DNA of 64,000 nucleotides, from the NCBI GenBank assembly GCA_958295755.1, contig OY282367.1:204294-268293 (forward strand). The letters are read 5' to 3'. Under the pieces are notes generated by a model, which saw nothing but the letters and a program-made list of their open reading frames with translations, was not told where the DNA came from and did not search any database. Shown in pieces: positions 23,001 to 28,700 of the stretch. Positions within the stretch are counted from its first letter, which is position 1. Each line of letters opens with the position of its first letter. The translations under genes and the position numbers were made by a program. The DNA is from an uncultured Acidimicrobiales bacterium. Lineage in GTDB: Bacteria; Actinomycetota; Acidimicrobiia; Acidimicrobiales; Hopanoidiivorantaceae.

Positions 23001-25612
23001 TTGATCCGATAAATACTTTGGCTAGTAGCTTGTTGGGTGATGCTAGTTTCACTGTGCCGGTTAGATCTACTGGCGGCCATAGCATAGATGCTGTTTTTAT
23101 GGTTGATGTTGGCGCGGATTCTGTGATTGTGGTGGATTCGTCTAGTGTTATTGGTATTCCTGCTAGTAGTGCTCGCACGGTTGATTTCTCTGATTATGCC
23201 TCTGATGGCAGCTACACGATCTTTTGTGGTATTCCCACTACCTCGTCGTCTCTGATTACTATTGGTAGCCCAACTGGTTGTAGTGTTGAGATTACAGCTG
23301 GTGCTTCTGTGGGTATTGCTGTTGTTACACTGGCGTTTTCTTCTGATGGTGGTGCTAGCGCTGTGGGTTCATTTACCTTCGATATAGGTGCTGCTTCTAA
23401 TATTGTCTTCACCGCGCCCACGTTGAAGGTTGGTACTAACCGCACGAGAGTTATCGATGTGTTAGATTACGCCTCTGATGGTAACTACACCATTACTTGT
23501 TCAGATGCGACTGCTATAGATACCACTGAGCTAAGCACGGTTGTGCGTGATAGTTCTGGTAATGGCTGTTCTTTTACTATCACACCTAAAGCTGTTACAG
23601 GTGCTGCTAGCTTTACTGTGCCACTTACCTCAGATGGTGGCGATACCTTAGATGCGGTATTTTCTATAACTGTTGGTCCCGCTTCTACTATTTCATACAC
23701 CGCGCCCACCGGTCTGTCTACTGCGCGTAACCGCTTGTTGGTGATTGATGCTTCAAGCTATGTGTCAGAGACTGCTGGTAGCGGCTATGTGATCTCGTGT
23801 GCTGATGCTACCAGCGTTCATTCCAGACTTACCTCAGTTACCCGCGATGGCTGTTCTTACACTGTTACGCCTTCAACTTCTGCCACAGCGGGCAATGCTA
23901 CCTTTGGTGTTACTTTCACTTCTGATGGTGGCCATTCCCGCTCTGAGACGATCACTGTTGAGATCGGCCCTGATTCAACTCTTAGCTACAACGCACCAGT
24001 GGGCTTGAGGATAGGCCGTAACTACACGCTGGTGATTGATGCTTTGGACTATGTAACGGAGAACTCTGCTTACACAGTTACCTGTGGTGATGCTACCGGT
24101 GTGGAAGCAGCCAAACTCACCGCAACACGCACCACATCAGGAAACGGTTGCTCATTTACCATAGACCCCACAGATACTTTGGCTACTGGTTTGCAAGGAA
24201 ATACTTCTTTTGTTGTGCCCCTTAGCTCAACAGGCAACAACAACCTTTCAGCTACCTTCAATATATTTATCGGCCCCGACTCAGATATCACCTTCACCGC
24301 GCCAGAGGCAATAACTGTGGGCCGTAACCGCACTAGAGCTATCAACGCGCTAGAGCACATAGCTGAAGATGCTGCCTTTGCGGTTACTTGTGGTGATGCT
24401 AGCGGTGTTGACAACACCAAGCTCACCTCTGTTACACGCACAGGCTGTGTGTTTGTAGTAGATCCCATCAACACACTAACTAGTGCTGATCAGGGCGATA
24501 CTACTTTCACTGTGGCTTTCACTTCCAATGGTGGAGACACAGCTACAGGCACATTTACTGTAAATATCGGCCCGGATTCTAATATTGTCTTTACCCCGCC
24601 ACAGCCGAACTTCTCGCTACTAGCTAGAACTTCAGCTGTCTTCGATCTTGGTGCTCTAGCAACAGACGGGGACTACACCATAGCTTGCGGCCAGATAAAT
24701 GCCCTAGACACCGCGAGGCTGTTTTCTGTAACCCCCACCACAGGCTGTAGCTACCAAATAAGAGCCACCTCAACGCAGGGGCTAGCTACTTTCAATATCA
24801 CCTACACCTCCACGGGCGGTCACAGCTACACAGCCCAAATCGGTATAACCATCCAACCTAACTTCATAGCACCACCAACCAGACCATCCCCAACCCCAAC
24901 CACCACCACAACAACCACGACTACGACTATTATTCCTGGGGAATCAACCACCACAACTGATCCCACCGCTACTACCACCACGCTAGAACCCGACATACCT
25001 GGCCCTAGATGGAACACACTAACTGTAGCTAGAGGTGGTATCACAGCTAGGGAAATCAGAAACACACTAGGTATTACTTCTAACTACGCCATCTATGCCT
25101 GGAATACACGCACACAAACCTGGACAAGAGTTACCCTGTTCTCCCCAAGACTAACTGAGGGCACAATAGTGTCCTTCCGCACCGACACAGCCCCCAACCC
25201 AGACCAACTAGACGACCTCAACCTAGCCAGCGGCTCCGACACCGCACGCCTAGACCGGGGCTGGAACCTCATCAACATACCCAGAGCAATCACCCGCGAA
25301 GAATCTGACACATTCTTCTTCGATGACACCCTCATAGACTGCGAAAACCTCCAAGGCATAACAGCTGTAGCCAACTACAACCCACGCAGCCGAAGATGGT
25401 CACTCTGGCTACCATGTCACCCACGAACCCAAACCCGCCTCACCACAGGTGAAAACCCACCATACCAACCACTCACCCACATCACCCCAGGCGACACCAC
25501 CTACATCTACACCAGCACCAGACAAACCATAAACATCGAATGGAACCCCCGAACCCAAACCTACCAACCCGAAACCACAACCCTAACCCCACCCATAATA
25601 ACCCTCAACTAG
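5030..25612 (+). CDS. Giant (~6860 aa) secreted Ig-like/LRR surface protein, paralog 2
   Basis: Uninterrupted 20.6-kb ORF. RBS AAGGGAG 5 nt before ATG 5030 (alternative starts GTG 5015, ATG 5072). Signal peptide ...VRRWFIAFIATSLFATVLFAASVFAHPVAA|Q, Thr-rich linker, roughly 50 two-Cys ~97-aa repeats, five LRR cassettes, Pro/Thr linker, C-terminal PRWN...GWNLINIP...WSLWLPC domain. Confidence 0.9.
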   Translation: MNSKSLQTGGGYRKMVRDAEDERDTIARNSRILGIGQGRQSSSVRRWFIAFIATSLFATVLFAASVFAHPVAAQNGGEDQVQDGQTQEGDSQSGDGQEGGESPATTTTTVAPTTTTTSTTVPASTTTTSTTVAPSTTTTVPVLDPEVVEPVEPEVEQQQAQNREITFNAPSGLSVGAGGSLVIDASSYASDPGFVISCADATGVDGTKVTVSRDGCSFTVRSSVSAVAGDTTFSTVLSSSRTGSTPVTATFTVAITALSVVAGRNLVFMAAGYPSEGTPTACTQASGVDTSKISVNRNPFNHPRGGCTFRVAAYSSSIGATTFTSVLTFSGGGNRTVTFPINITPTSSITFVAPLGGLSVPVGQSKNFSVSSYARDGTYTISCRFADSSRHALIASVANTGCDFTVRAGNVAGSATLSVIYNSSGGHEVTGVIPITVASTSSLTFTAPSALNVRIGQTIGINARLYASDGANAVACDVATGVVGGITVESPVGCSYRVTAGNTRGTASFVVPYASASGSTLNGRIDINILGALSDIDFTAPIGLTVASRGVITIDASAYASSAYSVSCGTITQSRGHSVGIVQDGCSFEVTAGTPMPLGSEGFAFITVPYTNSEGGSQSGEISLVIGAVPTLSAAGCTDGTFVDLTANPRVTGANNDLVEDCQALVAAQNLWAGVAANGDLRSPYFIRSWGTGTPEQQKIASWEGVTVTSGRVTELEIDNTGEEDGISGTIPTQIGNLSALTILDISYNQLSGAIPTQIGTLTALTSLDLSGNSLTGAIPTQIGSLTALTSLDLSANQLSGAIPTQIGSLTSLTQLSLGSNQLTGAIPTQIGSLSSLVQLYLGGNMLTGSVPTQIGAITTLTTLSICFNQLTEALPVALRTGVTLLGYPRADGFDPIGCQSNIVFTAPTNLRVARNSTLEINALSHITASSIFTVSCGDATGVDATKFTATRTTTGNGCTFTVDPVDTLSSGDLGDVTFTVPFTSTGGTTASGTFTVNIGPDSDIVFAVPERVLVESWDPARVDLSRYASDGPHDISCSGITRGHQVSSASGRFSVSGCVVSFYPIPDLTHNHNRRTSVWVTYTSSGGDTHRAEVNFYSKSLHLTSIIFTAPSPAPAVTAGQSVVVDASAWVEDFFGYSVFCENATNIDSNKLTSVTRTRDCLYEITADSLASGTATFTVPYYSTGLHNRNTPETRNAVISVTVNAGSNFVYTAPSDLVVPVSTNTQSQSITVDASEWAQDGSYDITCANANTISSNLASVVRNGDTCSFTITSGTTEGAASFTVPYSSSGSTGSTNGVVSLTVGPASAIVFTAPTGLQVNTGDIRFIDVSVYATDGPYKITCADQSSSSFQNILLRHNNCSFAVRPPGAGNHWFEVPYTSSGGDTHTGRITFTAGGATSVSATIPSGLTVARGSSVTLDASSFSSNGTCAGAAYISPLLTSVTRPDIANNPCTYTVTAGNTLGTATFSIVYRSTGQSLHTSRVSYSVTTPSTIVYNAPSGLSVDAGGSLVVDMSDYASDGSNTISCADATGVDNQKVTVTRDGCDFAVRASVSAATGVTTFSTVLSSSGGGAGLPVTVSVAITALSVAAGRSLGFVAAGYPSEGAATACGAAAGVDASKITVVQSTPEHETNRPAATTGTDCFFTVTALSSAASGVTTFTSELTFSGGSRTVTFSVDIGAASSITFTAPPGGLSIPAGQLRNFSVASYATDEDYTISCGFADSSRHSLIASVANTSCDFTVRAGSSAGAATLSVIYYSSGGDEVTGVIPITVTSTSSLTFTAPSALNVRIGQTIGINARLYASDGANAVACDVATGVTGGITVQSPVGCSYRVTAGNTVGTASFVVPYTSSSGRTLNGRIDINIVDTSSNIDFTAPTGLTVAASGVINIDAGEYVSDGPFSISCGTPLSVSALISSINEDGGCSYEVTVGATAGTATFTVPYTSSGGDTHNGVISLVIGAVPTLAAAGCTDGTFVDLTDNPRVTGANNDLVEDCQALVAAQNLWAGVAANGDLRSPYFIRSWGTGTPEQQKVANWEGVTVTSGRVTELAIDNIGEEDGISGAIPTEIGNLTALTSLDISYNQLSGSIPTQIGSLTALTSLDLSGNSLTGAIPTQIGSLTALTSLDLSGNQLSGAIPTQIGSLTSLTQLSLGSNQLTGAIPTQLGSLSSLVQLYLGGNRLTGSVPNQIGAITTLTTLSICLNQLTGDLPSALRTGVTLLGYPTADGYTPVACQTAVSNILYTAPTGLKVATNRTIVINALDHATDGSYTVTCADATNIDTTELQSVTRDSSGDGCSFTITPKAVQGTATFTVPLTSSGGDTENAVFTIEVGPASTVTYSAPSGLFVARNRTLDIDASGYASDSGSGYVVSCSDATSLHSRLTSVTRAANSCSYTVTPSATATSGNATFTVTFTSDGGHSVDGVITVEIGTDSTITYNAPDDLSVAAGRSLVFDASGYVSDGSHTITCADATGTLPSGVSVARNGCTFTVTATSSAATGPAAFVVPFSSTGGHSLDATFSVDVGAVSDITFTAPVGGVSIPVGNFRNFSVASYATDGDYTISCRFADASRHALIASVANTGCDFTVRAGNVAGAATLSVIYNSSGGTEVTGVIPITVASTSSLTFTAPSALNVRIGQTIGINARLYASDGANAVACDVATGVTGGITVESPVGCSYRVTAGNTVGAASFVVPYTSASGRTLSGRIDINILGALSDIDFTAPIGLNVAPRGVITIDASAYASSAYSVSCGTPLSVDERLISSISEDGDCSYEVTVGNVEQRASFTVPYTNSEGGSQSGVITIAIGVVTLGGASIPALPATGCTDGTFVDLTANPRVTGANNDLVEDCQALVAAQNLWAGVAANGDLRSTYFIRSWGTGTPDQRKIDNWEGVTVTSGRVTELEIDNTGEEDGISGSIPTQIGNLTALTILDISYNQLSGAIPTQIGTLTALTDLDLSGNSLTGAIPTQIGSLTALTTLDLSGNQLSGAIPTQIGSLTSLTQLYLGSNLLTGAIPSQLGSLTSLTDLYLGGNRFTGSVPTQIGAITTLTTLSICLNQLTGDLPSALRTGVTLLGYPTADGYTPIACQTSAIVFDPADDLFVTSGVAKVFSVGAYVSDDSNTITCGDATSISSNLASVTRASGTCDFTVTSNASIQGDASFDVPFTSSGGSTLSGTVSFKIFRLLVTSGCTDGSFVDLTANPRVAGADNDLVEDCQALVAAQRSWASEADNFAISASHPIRTWGYDSGGTATKISTWNGVNVSGGRVTGLSVVDISGLDMAGSIPAELGNLSALVTLDLSGNVLSGSIPADLGDLSNLERLDLSENVLSGSIPAGLASLAPSTGSLTYLGLCYNYLTGNVPTALRPMFAAAVPVSPVYQPVGCQNSRTPSNTAIALLSATGCTDGTFVNTTTNPRVSGPNNDLVEDCQALVAIQNHWAQITANDNLPTTFSPHGLRTWGTGATPAEKLIGSWLGVTVSRSGRVTELGFGTSSRSRIYGSIPAEIGNLTALTELRLSNNRLSGAIPSEIGNLTRLIFLRLSNNRLSGAIPSEIGNLTRLTQLWLDRNRLSGTIPTEIGNLTSLTRLGLGGNSLSGAIPTEIGNLTRLTVLGLWGNSLSGAIPTEIGNLTSLTSLSLNGNSLSGAIPVQIRNLRSLDFLYLDLNRLSGAIPAQIGNLTSLTDLRLNGNRLSGTIPAEIGNLTSLRTLRLENNLLTGSVPTAIGTIRNLRQLGICNNQLTGDLPVALRTGVTLTDYPTEDGYTPIACQNAVSNIVVSPPSAIAVAASRSVTVDFASYASDGDYTVSCATPTTSSSLISIGAPSGCSVAITAGASTGTATVSVVFTSTGGATATGSFTFDVGAASNIVFTAPSGLKVATNRTRVINALDHATDGGYTITCGTATAIDTTELNTVVRDSSGDGCSFTITPKAVQGTASFTVPLTSDGGDTENAVFSIEVGPASTFAYSPPTGLSVARNRTLVIDALDQITEDVAYTVSCSDASGVDASKFTAARTTSGDGCTFTVDPVDTLTPSNQGDVTFTVTFTSSGGTDTASSIEGTFTVNIGPDSTISYSAPTGLKLGRNLTLVINVLDYASEVSSSSYSISCGDATGVDNTKLTSVSHSGSSCTFTVDPVDTLASGSQGDTTFAVPLASTGGATASATFTVNVGPDSAITVSPPSAIAVAASRSRTIDFSDYATDGDYTVSCSTPTTASSLISIGTPTGCSVLITSGASTGQATVSVAFTSDGGATATGSFTFDVGAASEIVFVAPSGLKVGTNRTRVINVLDYASDGGYTITCGAATAIDTTELNTVVRDSSGNGCSFTITPKAVQGPASFTVPLTSDGGDTENAVFSIEVGPVSTVTYSAPSGLSVGRNRNLSIDASGYASDSGSGYVISCSDAASVHSRLTSVTRSGCSYTITPDTAATAGSATFTVTFTSDGGHSVDGTIAVDIGPDSTITYMAPSGLVIGRNLTLEIDVTEHATEANPSSYDISCGDASGVDSTRLTGVTHTGSSCTFTVDPINTLASSLQGPTTFTVPVSSTGGHSISASFTVDVGPDSSITVSPPSAIALAASRSRMIDFSSYATDAGGYGISCGTPTTSSSLITIGTPTGCSVAITAGATQGTATVSVVFTSAGGATATDSFSFDVGAASSIAFTAPSGLKVATNRTRVINVLDHASDGGYTITCSTATAIDTTELQSVVRDSSGDGCSFTITPKAVTGAASFTVPLTSDGGDTESAVFEIEVGPASTFGYTAPSGLSVARNRTLVIDALDQITEDAAYTVTCSDASGVDASKFTAVRTTSGDGCTFTVDPVDTLSVGDQGAVTFRVTFTSSAGTDTGSSIVGTFAVNIGPDSTISYSAPTGLKLGRNLTLVINVLDYASEVSSSGYSISCGDATGVDNTKLTGVTHTGSSCVFTVDPIDTLASGSQGDTTFAVPLTSTGGATASASFTVNVGPDSAIVVDSSSSIALAASRSRTVDFSDYATDGDYTVSCSTPTTASSLITIGSPTGCSVLITSGAGTGQATVSVAFTSDGGATAAGSFTFDVGAASNIVFSAPSGLKVGTNRTRVINVLDYASDGGYTITCGAATAIDTTELMSVTRDSSGDGCSFTITPKAVTGPAGFTVPLTSDGGDTENAVFSIEVGPASTVTYTAPTGLSVGRNRPLSIDASGYVSEAGSGYVISCSDAASVHSRLTSVTRSGCSYTITPDTAATAGSATFTVTFTSDGGHSVDGTIAVTIGPDSTITYLAPSGLVIGRNLTLEIDVTDYATEANPSSHDISCGDASGVDNTRLVGVTHTGSSCTFTVDPIDTLASGLQGATTFTVPVSSTGGHSISASFTVNIGPDSSITVSPPSSIAVAASRSRTVDFSSYATDAGGYTISCATPTTSSSLITIGAPSGCSVAITSGASMGTATVSVVFTSSGGATATGSFSFDVGAASSISFTAPTGLKVATNRMRVINVLDYASDGGYTITCGAATAVDTTELNTVTRITSGDGCSFTVRPKAVQGAASFTVPLTSDGGDTENAVFAIEVGPASTLRYSPLSGLSVARNRTLSIDAMAQITEDAAYTVTCADASGVDTSKFTATRTTSGDGCTFTVDPVDTLTPSNQGAVTFTVTFTSSAGTGTGSSIVGTFSVNIGPDSTITYTAPTGLKVGRNRTLVIDALDHITESSAYTVSCGDATGVDNTKLTSVTRSSCTFTVDPIDNLASGSQGDTTFTVPLTSTGGHTLDATFTVNVGPDSTISYTAPTGLLVGRNRTLVIAASAYVSETAGSGYVISCSDAASLHSRLTTVVRAANSCTYTITPYVFASAGDATFAITFTSDGGHTRSETITVGIGPDSTIGYSAPTLGVGRNRTLVIDVLEHITENAAYTVSCGDATGVDNTKLTSVSHTGSSCTFTVDPIDALASGSQGDTSFTVPLTSTGGHTRDATFTVNVGPDSTLTYSAPTLKVGRNRTFVINVLDHITEDSAYVVSCGDATSVDTTRLVSVSHTGSSCTFTVDPINTLASSLLGDASFTVPVRSTGGHSIDAVFMVDVGADSVIVVDSSSVIGIPASSARTVDFSDYASDGSYTIFCGIPTTSSSLITIGSPTGCSVEITAGASVGIAVVTLAFSSDGGASAVGSFTFDIGAASNIVFTAPTLKVGTNRTRVIDVLDYASDGNYTITCSDATAIDTTELSTVVRDSSGNGCSFTITPKAVTGAASFTVPLTSDGGDTLDAVFSITVGPASTISYTAPTGLSTARNRLLVIDASSYVSETAGSGYVISCADATSVHSRLTSVTRDGCSYTVTPSTSATAGNATFGVTFTSDGGHSRSETITVEIGPDSTLSYNAPVGLRIGRNYTLVIDALDYVTENSAYTVTCGDATGVEAAKLTATRTTSGNGCSFTIDPTDTLATGLQGNTSFVVPLSSTGNNNLSATFNIFIGPDSDITFTAPEAITVGRNRTRAINALEHIAEDAAFAVTCGDASGVDNTKLTSVTRTGCVFVVDPINTLTSADQGDTTFTVAFTSNGGDTATGTFTVNIGPDSNIVFTPPQPNFSLLARTSAVFDLGALATDGDYTIACGQINALDTARLFSVTPTTGCSYQIRATSTQGLATFNITYTSTGGHSYTAQIGITIQPNFIAPPTRPSPTPTTTTTTTTTTIIPGESTTTTDPTATTTTLEPDIPGPRWNTLTVARGGITAREIRNTLGITSNYAIYAWNTRTQTWTRVTLFSPRLTEGTIVSFRTDTAPNPDQLDDLNLASGSDTARLDRGWNLINIPRAITREESDTFFFDDTLIDCENLQGITAVANYNPRSRRWSLWLPCHPRTQTRLTTGENPPYQPLTHITPGDTTYIYTSTRQTINIEWNPRTQTYQPETTTLTPPIITLN
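5053..5061 (+). repeat. G9 homopolymer tract at the 5' end of paralog 2
   Basis: cagac-GGGGGGGGG-ttatcgaaaaatg; same position in paralogs 3 and 4. Confidence 0.9.
6931..7729 (+). repeat. LRR cassette 1 of paralog 2 (N-cap + 6 x 24-aa plant-type LRR + C-cap)
   Basis: GCTDGTFVD...DCQALV...WEGVTVTSGRVTELEI cap; LxxLxxLDLSxNxLSGAIPTQIG units with 72-bp periodicity. Confidence 0.9.
10931..11727 (+). repeat. LRR cassette 2 of paralog 2 (6 LRRs)
   Basis: Near-copy of cassette 1. Confidence 0.9.
13481..14277 (+). repeat. LRR cassette 3 of paralog 2 (6 LRRs)
   Basis: Near-copy of cassettes 1 and 2. Confidence 0.9.
14578..15165 (+). repeat. LRR cassette 4 of paralog 2 (3 LRRs, divergent)
   Basis: GCTDGSFVD cap; TLDLSGN, RLDLSEN, YLGLCYN. 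Confidence 0.85.
15211..16308 (+). repeat. LRR cassette 5 of paralog 2 (10 LRRs with hypervariable beta-strand residues)
   Basis: ELRLSNN, FLRLSNN, QLWLDRN, RLGLGGN, VLGLWGN, SLSLNGN, FLYLDLN, DLRLNGN, TLRLENN, QLGICNN on a near-constant LSGAIPxEIGNLT framework. Confidence 0.9.
16320..21950 (+). repeat. Higher-order tandem repeat in paralog 2, period ~2361 bp (~8 domains), ~2.4 copies
   Basis: The anchor ...gctgctagccgttc... recurs near 16350, 17545, 18710, 19905 and 21070. Antisense shadow ORFs recur at +2361 (17305/19666, 18227/20588). Confidence 0.85.
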
Positions 25613-25629
25613 AATCCTAGATCGCATAG

Positions 25630-25710
25630 CGATTATATAAACAGAATATATATAATGTATTTTATATAATGTCATGTATGATAGTGGTTGTGCTAGCATA
25701 TAAAAGTAGT
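25630..25710 (+). promoter_or_regulatory. AT-rich promoter region upstream of paralog 3 with duplicated TATATAATGT
   Basis: atatataatgtattttatataatgtcat contains two TATAAT hexamers; strongly AT-rich relative to its flanks. Confidence 0.5.
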
Positions 25711-25771
25711 CTGGTAACTGCCTTGTTTAGTATTAGCCACATCCGTACCCTAGAAGGAAAGACATATCAAA

Positions 25772-28700
25772 ATGACACACAGATTCGAACGCTCAAGCTC
25801 AAAGAGCTTGCATGATGTCAAAGAGTTTACAGGCGGGGGGGGGTCATCGAAAATGGTTAGGGACGCAGAAGGTGAGCGAGATACAGTCGCGCGGGATTCT
25901 AGAATGCCGGGAATAGGACAGGGGCGGCAGAGTAGTAGTGTTCGCAGGGGGTTGGTCGCTTTCATAGCTACTGCGCTGTTTGCTACGGCTTTGTTTGCTG
26001 CTCTAGCGCAACCGGTTGCTGCGCAGCGTGAGATTACTTTTAATGCGCCTTCTGGTTTGACGGTGGTTGCTGGGCAGAGTATAGTGATTGATGCTTCTGA
26101 TTATGCTAGTGATCCGGGTTTTGTGATTTCTTGTGCTAATCCTACAGGTGTGGATAGTAGTAAGGTGTGGGTTACTCGTGCTTCTGGGACTTGTGATTTC
26201 ACGGTTAGAGCGTCTGTGTCAGCTGTTGCGGGAAATACTACTTTTTCAACTGTGTTGAGTTCTTCTAGGACTGGTAGCACTACTCTTACCGCGACTTTTA
26301 CTGTTACTATTACTCCTATGTCGGTTCCTGCGGGGGGGCAGTTAACGTTCTTGATGCAGGGTCAACCTGCTTGGGGTGCTGTGGGGTTCGGTTGTAGTAC
26401 TGCTCCTACAGGTGTAGATGCTTCTAGGTATTCTGTCACAAGGCCATCTGGTTGTTTCCGCAGAATTACAGTTGAGAGTTCGGCTACTACGGGGCCTGCT
26501 TCGTTTACTGTGCGGCTCAGCTATGCAAACTCTGGTGGTCAGAGTTGGGCAACGACTTTCAATTTCGTTATTACCCCGGCTTCTAACATTATATTTACGG
26601 CACCTCCAGGCGGGTTGACTATCCCCGTAGGCCAGTTCAGGAATTTTGATGTTTCTAGCTACGCTACTGACGGCGACTACACAATTTCTTGTCGTTTTTC
26701 TGCCGCTTCTCGCCATAGCCTGATTGCTTCTGTTGCTAATACTGGCTGTGATTTCACGGTGCGTGCTGGTAGGACTGCCGGTGCGGCAACGCTTAGTGTT
26801 ATCTACAACTCTGATAATGGCGGTTTTTGGCCTGTCGGTGAGCTTACTGCTGAGATCCCTATAACGGTGGCAGATCCTTCTAGTTTGACTTTCACCGCTC
26901 CTAGTGCTTTGAATGTGCGTGTAGGTCAGACAATAGGCATCAACGCGCGGCTTTATGCTTCTGATGGTGCTAACGCGGTTGCTTGTGATGTAGCAACTGG
27001 GATAGTCGGCGGGATCACTGTTAAATCTCCCGGGGACACTTTTGGACATCCCGTGGACAGTGGTAAAACTCTGACTCTGGGGGGTTGTTCTTATCGGGTA
27101 ACAGCAGGAAACACTGTAGGGACAGCTTCCTTTGTTGTGCCCTATGTCTCATCTAGTGGCCGCACGCTAAATGGTCGTATAAACATCAATATTTTGTCTG
27201 CTGCTCCTACTATTTTCTTCACCGCACCAACAGGTCTGTCGGTTGCTGCTGGCGGTGTTATTACTATAGATGCTTCAGGTTATGCTCCAAGTGCATATAG
27301 TGTTTCTTGTGGCACTATTACGCAGTCTCACGCGCTTATTGCTAGCATTTTTGAAGAAGGTTGTTCTATTGAGCTAACCGTAGGCAACACAGCGGGAACG
27401 GCTACCTTCACGGTGCCCTACACCAACGCTGAGGGCGGTGCCCTTGATGGTGTGATTTCTCTGGTTATAGGATCTGTGCCCGCCTTGGCGGTTGCTGGGT
27501 GTACTGATGGTACTTTTGTAGATACCACTGCTAACCCCAGAGTCGCAGGTGCTAATAACGATCTCGTAGAAGATTGCCAAGCATTGGTAGCAGCCCAGAA
27601 CCTATGGGCCGGAGTTGCTGCTAATGGTGAGCTGCGTTCTCCTTATTTCATTAGAAGCTGGGGCACAGGAACACCCGAACAACAAAAGATAGATAGCTGG
27701 GAAGGTGTCACAGTTACCTCCGGGCGTGTAACAGCGTTAGAAATAGACAATACGGGTGAAGAAGACGGCATCTCAGGTACTATTCCTACCGAGCTGGGTG
27801 ACCTCACGGCTTTGACTACTTTGGATCTTTCTTCTCACCAGATCTCAGGTACTATCCCCACTCAGCTAGGTTCTCTTACGGCTCTTACTGCGCTAGATCT
27901 TTCTGGTAACCAGCTCACCGGTGCTATTCCTTCACAGATCGGTTCTCTTGCGGGTCTTACTTTTTTGGATCTTTCTGGTAACCAGCTCAGCGGTGCTATT
28001 CCTTCACAGATCGGTTCTCTTACGGCTCTCACTTCTTTGTATCTTTCTTCTAATGAGCTCACCGGGGCTATCCCGATACAGATCGGTTCTCTTGCGGGTC
28101 TTACTGCTTTGAGTCTTTCCGGTAATCAGCTCAGCGGTGCTATTCCTTCACAGATCGGTTCTCTTGCGGCTCTTACTTTTTTGGATCTTTCCGGTAATCA
28201 GCTCAGCGGTGCTATTCTTTCACAGATCGTTTCTCTTACGGATCTCACTTCTTTGAATCTTTCTTCTAACGAGCTCACCGGTGCTATTCCGACACAGATC
28301 GGTTCTCTTACGGATCTCACTTCTTTGGATCTTTCCGGTAACGAGCTCACCGGTGCTATTCCTTCACAGATCGGTTCTCTTACGGATCTCACTTCTTTGG
28401 ATCTTTCCGGTAACGAGCTCAGCGGTGCTATTCCTTCACAGATAGGTTCTCTTACGGCTCTTACTATTTTGGATCTTTCTTCTAACGAGCTCAGCGGTGC
28501 TATTCCTTCACAGATAGGTTCTCTTACGGCTCTCACTTCTTTGGATCTTTCTTCTAACGAGCTCACCTGGGCTATCCCCTTCCAGCTTGGTTCTCTTACG
28601 GCTCTCACTTCTTTGGATCTTTCTTCTAACGATCTCATCGGTACTATTCCTTCACAGCTAGGTTCTCTGAACTCTCTTGTTGCTCTTGATCTTAGTAGCA

